A stretch of 64,000 nucleotides of DNA from Longimicrobiales bacterium. Lineage in GTDB: Bacteria > Gemmatimonadota > Gemmatimonadetes > Longimicrobiales > Gaopeijiaceae. The notes under the pieces were generated by a model, which saw only the letters and a list, made by a program, of their open reading frames with translations, was not told the DNA's origin and searched no databases. Both the position numbers and the translations under genes were made by a program. The stretch is taken from contig CBDDCX010000008.1 of NCBI GenBank assembly GCA_965226375.1, forward strand, positions 1,312,001 to 1,376,000, in the 5' to 3' direction. This document shows, one piece after another, positions 58,383 to 64,000 of the stretch (within the stretch, counting starts at the first letter, position 1; the number at the start of each line of letters is the position of its first letter).

Positions 58383-59603
58383 TCACGGGCCCAAGCTCAG
58401 AGCGTACTGGTCCTCCGGGTCGAAAAATCGTGCGCAAGCGGTATTGACCTCTTCCAGGGTGACGGCGTCGACCCGGGCCAAGGACTCCTCCAACTCCCGA
58501 TAAGGCTCCCCGCGCAAAGCGTACCCAGCGACTCGCTGAAGCCGAGCACCGGTGGACTCCATGGACAGGATCATGTGCCCCTTGCTCTGGTTCTTGGCCT
58601 GTTCGAGCTCGAGGGCCGTGAGGCCATCTGCGTGGAGCAGCCGGTATTCCGCACGAATGGCGTCGAGGGCCTGCTCCCGAGACTCCGGCCGGGTGCCGAC
58701 ATACACGCCCGCCGCTCCGGCCCGGCTATAGAACGACTGGTACGAGAATACCGAGTAGGCCAAAGCCATTTCCTCCCGAATCCGTTGGAAGAGCCGTGAG
58801 CTCATGCCTCCTCCAAACGCGCTCGAAATCAGTATCAGAGCGTCACGTACCGGATCCTGGTGCGACGGCGTACGGTTACCGACCACCACGTGCGCCTGGG
58901 CCGCCTGACGAGACACCAAGTCATGTCCGGTCGTGCTCTCCGCGGGCTGGTCAACCTCCGCACCCGGGTCCCCTGCGTAGGCCGGGCCGAAGAGCCTGAC
59001 AACGTGTTCAGCAACGACGTCGTGATCGACGTTGCCCGCACACGCAACCAATATGTTCCCACCGTGGTACTTCTCGGTGTGCAGCCGCCGGGCATCCTCG
59101 ATACTGAGCGCAGCAACCGTTTCGCGGGTGCCGAGGATGGCCTGACCGTACGGGTGACCGTTCCAGAAGCGCTCACCGTGAAGATCGAAGACGAGATCGT
59201 CCGGTGTGTCCTCGACGCCCGCGATTTCTTCCAGGACCACGGCACGCTCGAGCTCCAGGTCCGTCGGGGCGAGGCGAGGGTGTAGCACGAGATCGGCCAG
59301 CACATCGAGAGCCTCCGGCACATGTTCGTCCAGCACCCGGGCCTGGTAGCTGGTGTGCTCCCGGGTAGTGTAGGCGTCCAGCCCGCCTCCAAGAGACTCC
59401 AGCGAGAGAGCGATCTCGTGCGCGCTGCGTCGCTCCGTGCCCTTGAAGACCAGATGCTCCAGGAGATGGCTGACCCCAAGCACGTCCGACGATTCATGAG
59501 CCGAGCCCTGCTTCAGCCACACGCCCACAGCGGCGGAGCGTATTCCGGGAATCGGTTCCGTTACGAGACGGACTCCGTTGTCCAGCCGTGTTTCACGCAT
59601 CAC
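58383..59603 (-). CDS. M16 (pitrilysin) family zinc peptidase
   Basis: Inverted HxxEH motif (SHLLEHLVFKGT), GGGMSSRLFQ.IRE...LAYSV; usual position downstream of pnp. Confidence 0.93.
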   Translation of the reverse strand: MMRETRLDNGVRLVTEPIPGIRSAAVGVWLKQGSAHESSDVLGVSHLLEHLVFKGTERRSAHEIALSLESLGGGLDAYTTREHTSYQARVLDEHVPEALDVLADLVLHPRLAPTDLELERAVVLEEIAGVEDTPDDLVFDLHGERFWNGHPYGQAILGTRETVAALSIEDARRLHTEKYHGGNILVACAGNVDHDVVAEHVVRLFGPAYAGDPGAEVDQPAESTTGHDLVSRQAAQAHVVVGNRTPSHQDPVRDALILISSAFGGGMSSRLFQRIREEMALAYSVFSYQSFYSRAGAAGVYVGTRPESREQALDAIRAEYRLLHADGLTALELEQAKNQSKGHMILSMESTGARLQRVAGYALRGEPYRELEESLARVDAVTLEEVNTACARFFDPEDQYALSLGP

Positions 59604-59619
59604 TGGACCCTACCTCCTC

Positions 59620-59664
59620 AAAAAGGCCCAAGGGGGCATGGACGAATCGCCCACACCCCCTTGG
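59620..59664 (-). terminator. Hairpin / possible terminator after pnp
   Basis: CCAAGGGGG...CCCCCTTGG inverted repeat followed on the minus strand by GCCTTTTT. Confidence 0.5.
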
Positions 59665-59687
59665 AAGTCCTTTCGTGCTTTGGTCGG

Positions 59688-61859
59688 TCAGCTGACTGCC
59701 TCCTCGACCTCTTGCTCCTCGTCGGACTTGCTGTCCTCGGATTCGTCACCGTCTGACCCCGAGAGCGCATCCTCCGCCATCGCAGCCTTCCGCGAAAGCC
59801 GGAGTCGGCCCTTCTCGTCGATGGAGAGGAGCTTCACACGAGTGATATCTCCCTTGTTCAGCACGTCCTCGGTCTTCTCTACCCTGCCCTCTGCGAGCTC
59901 GGATATATGGCACAGACCCTCGACTCCAGGGACGATCTCGATGAAGGCTCCGAAAGACGTGGTGTTCTTCACGGGACCCTCGTAAATTCGGCCGACCTCG
60001 GGCTCCTGAACAATGGCTTCGATCATCTCGCGAGCCCGCGCGCCGGCCTCGCCGGACACGGCCGCGATCTTCACGAGACCCGAATCATCGATATCGATCT
60101 TGGCCCCAGATTCCTCCTGGATGGCCCGGATCGTCTTGCCCTTAGGCCCGATGATGTCCCCGATCTTCGAGGGGTTGATCTGGAGCGACACGATGCGGGG
60201 AGCGTACTGAGACAGATCGCTCCGCGGCTCGGCCAAGGCCTGCTCCATGACATCGAGAATGTGCATACGACCCGTATGCGCGCGCTCGAGGGCGGTCTTC
60301 AGGATGTCACTGGTGAGCCCGTCGCACTTGATGTCCATCTGGATCGATGTGATACCGTCACGCGTGCCCGCGATCTTGAAGTCCATGTCACCCAGGGCGT
60401 CCTCGAGCCCCAGGATGTCGGTCAGAATGGCGACGTCGTCGCCCTCCTTGATCAAGCCCATGGCCACACCCGCGACCGCTGCCTTTATCGGCGCGCCCGC
60501 ATCCATCAGCGCCAGCGAGGCACCACAGACGGTAGCCATGGAGGACGACCCGTTGGACTCGAGAACGTCGGAGACGATACGAATCGTGTAGGGGAAGTCG
60601 TCGTAGGCCGGAAGCAACGGACGGATCGCCCGTTCGGCCAGGGCTCCATGACCCTGCTCACGCCGCGTCGTGCCGCGGAAGGGCCTCGCCTCACCCACGG
60701 AGAACGCGGGGAAATTGTAGTGCAGCATGAACGACTTGGTGACTTCTTCCGCAGTGTCGATCGAGTCGATCCGCTGCTCGTCCCTGGACGTGCCGAGCGT
60801 CGTCACCACGAGGGCCTGTGTCTGGCCACGCGTGAAGAGCGCCGAACCGTGGGTCCGGGGTAGGATTCCAACCTCGGAGGTGATGGGGCGGACGTCTTCG
60901 AGACCGCGGCCGTCGGCACGCTCGCCCGAGTCCAGAATCCGCCTGCGCATCGAGCTCTTCTCGATGTTGCGAAGCACCTCTTTGATGGACTTCTCGTGCT
61001 CGGAGTATGCCTCGTCCTCTTCGACCAGGCGGCCGATCACGTCTTCGGCCACGGCGGCCATCGCTTGATTGCGCTCCGCCTTATCGGAGAGCGTCAGCGC
61101 TTCCTTGATGCGATCCTCGGCCATCTCGGTCACGCGGTCGGCCAGAGCCTGCTCCGGCAGGATGGGAGACCACTCCATGTCGGGCACCGTGTGGCCCTCG
61201 AGGAGTTCCCTCTGGATGCCGATGAGCTCTTTGATTCCCTCGTGGGCAATCTCGAGCCCCTCCAGGATGTCCGCCTCGGAGACCTCCAGAGATCCGCCCT
61301 CGACCATGAGAAGGGCGTCCTCGGACCCCGATACGACGATGTCGATATCGGAGTACTCAAGCTGCTGGAATGTCGGGTTCAAGACCCACGTGTCCCGAAT
61401 GCGTCCAATGCGCACGGAGGCAACGAGCGTGTTGAAAGGGACCTTGGACAGGTTCAGCGCCACCGAGGCACCGAGCATGGCCAGAACATCCGCAGAGTTT
61501 TCCTGGTCGGCGCTCAGGATAAAGCACGCGACCTGGGTCTCATGCATGAATCCCTCGGGGAACAGGGGCCGGAGCGGACGGTCGGTGAGACGGGCCGCGA
61601 GAACCTCGTTCTCGCCGGGGCGTCCCTCACGTTTGAAGAAGCCACCGGGAATCTTCCCGGCAGCATAGCTCTTTTCCCTATACTCGATCGTGAGCGGGAA
61701 GAAGGGCAGATGGGTGGGTCGGTCCTGGACCGTGACGGCACACAGGACCACCGTGTCGCCAAACTGCACAAGGCAAGAACCCTGTGCGAGCTTGGCCATG
61801 CGCCCGAACTCGAGGCTTAAAGTGCGCCCCGCGAACTGGCGTTCGATTCTCTGAATCAT
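59688..61859 (-). CDS. pnp: Polyribonucleotide nucleotidyltransferase
   Basis: FFPLT, GKIPGGFFKREGRP, HGSALFTRGQTQ, ESNGSSSMA, DILGLED..GDMDFK; KH and S1 domains. Confidence 0.97.
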   Translation of the reverse strand: MIQRIERQFAGRTLSLEFGRMAKLAQGSCLVQFGDTVVLCAVTVQDRPTHLPFFPLTIEYREKSYAAGKIPGGFFKREGRPGENEVLAARLTDRPLRPLFPEGFMHETQVACFILSADQENSADVLAMLGASVALNLSKVPFNTLVASVRIGRIRDTWVLNPTFQQLEYSDIDIVVSGSEDALLMVEGGSLEVSEADILEGLEIAHEGIKELIGIQRELLEGHTVPDMEWSPILPEQALADRVTEMAEDRIKEALTLSDKAERNQAMAAVAEDVIGRLVEEDEAYSEHEKSIKEVLRNIEKSSMRRRILDSGERADGRGLEDVRPITSEVGILPRTHGSALFTRGQTQALVVTTLGTSRDEQRIDSIDTAEEVTKSFMLHYNFPAFSVGEARPFRGTTRREQGHGALAERAIRPLLPAYDDFPYTIRIVSDVLESNGSSSMATVCGASLALMDAGAPIKAAVAGVAMGLIKEGDDVAILTDILGLEDALGDMDFKIAGTRDGITSIQMDIKCDGLTSDILKTALERAHTGRMHILDVMEQALAEPRSDLSQYAPRIVSLQINPSKIGDIIGPKGKTIRAIQEESGAKIDIDDSGLVKIAAVSGEAGARAREMIEAIVQEPEVGRIYEGPVKNTTSFGAFIEIVPGVEGLCHISELAEGRVEKTEDVLNKGDITRVKLLSIDEKGRLRLSRKAAMAEDALSGSDGDESEDSKSDEEQEVEEAVS

Positions 61860-62048
61860 TTCTCTCTTTTTCTGCTTTCGGTCGAGCGGGACCATCCCGC
61901 CCGACGATGTCTCGCCCGTCGGGGCATTCCCGACCGGGTCGATACAGCAGGTACCGAAGAGAGATCGACCGCCGCAATGCAGGGCACGGCGTGCCCCGAC
62001 CGATTGCAGCTATTTGGTTGGGCCGATTCTCCATCGGGTCCTGCTGAC

Positions 62049-62087
62049 CAAAAACGAAACGGCGACCGACCTTCCGGCCGCCGCCGA
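62049..62087 (-). terminator. Intrinsic terminator after rpsO
   Basis: Minus strand CGGCGGCGGCC-GGAA-GGTCGGTCGCCG followed by TTTCGTTTTT. Confidence 0.7.
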
Positions 62088-62104
62088 TTCGCGTCCGCCT
62101 CTGT

Positions 62105-62365
62105 CTAGTGGCGGAGTCCTAGGTCCGCGATGAGCTCGCGGTAACGTTCCATGTCCGTCCGCTTCAGGTACTCCAACAACCGGCGTCGGCGTCCAACCAT
62201 CTTGAGGAGGCCTCGGCGACTATGGTGATCCTTCTTGTGGTCGTCGAAGTGGGACCTGAGGTCGTTGATGCGAGCCGTCAGGATCGCAGCCTGGACCGGA
62301 GCGCTCCCGACGTCTCCGTCGTGGAGCTGATGCTTCTGAATAATCTCTGTTCTGTTAATCGTCAT
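62105..62365 (-). CDS. rpsO: 30S ribosomal protein S15
   Basis: D.GS..VQ.AILT.RI..L..H...[25 protein letters not shown]. Confidence 0.97.
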   Translation of the reverse strand: MTINRTEIIQKHQLHDGDVGSAPVQAAILTARINDLRSHFDDHKKDHHSRRGLLKMVGRRRRLLEYLKRTDMERYRELIADLGLRH

Positions 62366-62521
62366 GCCTGCGTTTGCCTCCGCGAGAGTCTGCGCTACAA
62401 GGGAAGCTGATTCGTCCTTTTACGAACAGCCATTTAAGGTAGCGGGACCGGTGTGGGGCAACAACGGCTCTCCCCGTCCTCCGCGATTCACCCGAGATTT
62501 CGGGGGGACCACGGAGCTCGT

Positions 62522-63475
62522 TCAGGACTCCGCTAGAATTTCGCGTGCTTCGACAACATCCTCGCGCATCTGGTCCACCAGCGCACGTTGCGAATCGAAG
62601 GGACGGATCTCTCGGAGGTAACGCACGAAGTCGACCCGGATCTCCTCCCCGTAGATGTCCCTCTCGAAGTCCAACAGATGGACCTCAATGGTGGGTGGGG
62701 ACCCCCTGAAGGTGGGCCTCGGACCCAAATGAAGAGCTCCGTCGTAGGTACCCGACCTCAGGACGCCCCTGACGGCATAGATTCCCGTAGGCGGTATGAG
62801 CTTCTGGCCTACCCCACCACCCCTGACCTCGAGGTTCGCCGTGGGAAAGCCGAGAGTGCGGCCCCGCTGATCGCCGCGGACAACCAAGCCGCGGAGCGAG
62901 TATGGACGACCGAGTGCTTCACCGGCTGAGGCCATATTCCCTTCCAACAGAGCTCTGCGAATGCCTGTCGAAGAAACGGGATTTCCGCCTGGACCCACCG
63001 GACCTACCACATCGACCTCGAACCCCAACTCCGAGCCGAGAGCACGGAGGGTATCAGCGTCGCCGGTCCGCCCCCGACCAAAGTGGTGATCGTACCCAAC
63101 CACCAATTCCTTTACACCGAGTCGGCCTACGAGAATTTCCTCGACGAAGCGCCGGGGCGTATACCGGGCCAGCACGGGGGTAAAGGGCAGGAACACCGCG
63201 TAGTCGAGCCCGGATTCTGCCAAGATCTCCTTCTTCTCCACGGGCGTGGTGAGCATGGGAGGAGCCAGCTCCGGGCGGACGATGGTGAGGGGATGTGGGT
63301 GGAAGGTCGCGAGAACGCTGCGGCGGCCGGTCTCCTGCGCCCTCCGGCGAATCTCCGAAAGAACTTCCCAGTGGCCGCGGTGGATCCCGTCGAAGGTGCC
63401 GATGGTGACCACCGTCCCCATTCCATCCGACGGGAGACCTGAAGGAAGAGCCGGATCGATGGCGAATTCGGTCAT
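62522..63475 (-). CDS. ribF: Bifunctional riboflavin kinase / FAD synthetase
   Basis: IGTFDGIHRGH, TFHPHP, VGYDHHFG, VSSTGIR, GRTLGFPTAN, GPRPTF, IEVHLLDF; ATG overlaps the truB stop. Confidence 0.96.
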   Translation of the reverse strand: MTEFAIDPALPSGLPSDGMGTVVTIGTFDGIHRGHWEVLSEIRRRAQETGRRSVLATFHPHPLTIVRPELAPPMLTTPVEKKEILAESGLDYAVFLPFTPVLARYTPRRFVEEILVGRLGVKELVVGYDHHFGRGRTGDADTLRALGSELGFEVDVVGPVGPGGNPVSSTGIRRALLEGNMASAGEALGRPYSLRGLVVRGDQRGRTLGFPTANLEVRGGGVGQKLIPPTGIYAVRGVLRSGTYDGALHLGPRPTFRGSPPTIEVHLLDFERDIYGEEIRVDFVRYLREIRPFDSQRALVDQMREDVVEAREILAES

Positions 63476-64000
63476 GTGGTGACGGCACCCTCGAGCATCT
63501 TCCTCGGTGCGATTTCCCCATCCCGCACTTCGCCGATTCCAAGCAAACCCACCTCGTCGAGTACGGCGATAGGCATGTCGGCCTGCAACCCCGCTTCCGG
63601 AAACGGAATCCTGCCACCCTGACGGAGTCGCAACGCCGCTTCTGCCGCCACGTGTACGGTGGGGAGATGAGCAATAGCTTCGGCCGCATCGATCCACTGG
63701 CCAGGTATGGGCCGAACGCCCTCTCTCAGCTCGTCACCCGGCATCGCGCCTTGAACGGAGAAATCCCCTACCCTGGTCCGGCGCAACGCCGTGAGATGGG
63801 CTCCGACACGCAGTGCATCACCAAAGTCCCTCGCAAGGGCACGAATGTAGGTACCGGCCGAGCACGTCACCTCGAAGGAGAGATCCGGCGGCTCGAAGTC
63901 GGTCAACCCGATGTCCGAGATTTCGACGGTCACCGGAGTCAACTTCACGCTCTCACCCCGCCGGGCCTTCTTGTACATGGCTTCTCCGCCGACCTTCTTG
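63472..64000 (-). CDS. truB: tRNA pseudouridine(55) synthase (3' part; runs off the right edge)
   Basis: K.GG..MYKKARRG, CSAGTYIRALARD.G..L..GAHLTALRRTRVG; synteny with ribF-rpsO-pnp. Confidence 0.95.
   Translation of the reverse strand, partial: KKVGGEAMYKKARRGESVKLTPVTVEISDIGLTDFEPPDLSFEVTCSAGTYIRALARDFGDALRVGAHLTALRRTRVGDFSVQGAMPGDELREGVRPIPGQWIDAAEAIAHLPTVHVAAEAALRLRQGGRIPFPEAGLQADMPIAVLDEVGLLGIGEVRDGEIAPRKMLEGAVTT

Noticed and set aside
238..63689. Numerous long antisense or alternate-frame ORFs (e.g. 43251..44594, 52918..54483, 55488..56849)
   Set aside because: Shadow ORFs typical of high-GC DNA, overlapping well-supported housekeeping genes.

Overview
A GC-rich bacterial chromosomal region, mostly minus-strand housekeeping genes. 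The protein styles suggest Gemmatimonadota (inference only). Core genes run pyrB-pyrR, tadA, lexA-like, gltX, ispG, tRNA-Ser(TGA), purH-purN, erpA, gmhB, selA, valS, dapL, dinG, rsmI, trxA, mce, guaA-lysA-proS-hisS-folC-accD, rodA-mrdA-mreDCB, dut, ald, pnp-rpsO-ribF-truB. No integrase, transposase or CRISPR array was seen. The most notable items are: (1) a 191-bp tandem repeat array downstream of tRNA-Ser, in which each unit rebuilds the tRNA T-arm and 3' end with a palindromic ~77-nt insert in the T-loop; (2) a LexA homolog lacking its autocleavage and catalytic residues but with an SOS-box-like palindrome upstream; (3) a translationally coupled, uncharacterised envelope operon (DUF4159, DUF4175, TPR, secreted GATase-like Cys protein) followed by a JAB-DinG fusion; (4) a small accessory patch next to the tRNA with a 23-aa repeat mini-protein and an apparently inactive zinc-peptidase lipoprotein; (5) two disrupted genes; and (6) a structured trxA-rsmI intergenic element. 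All family calls come from motif recognition, not database searches.
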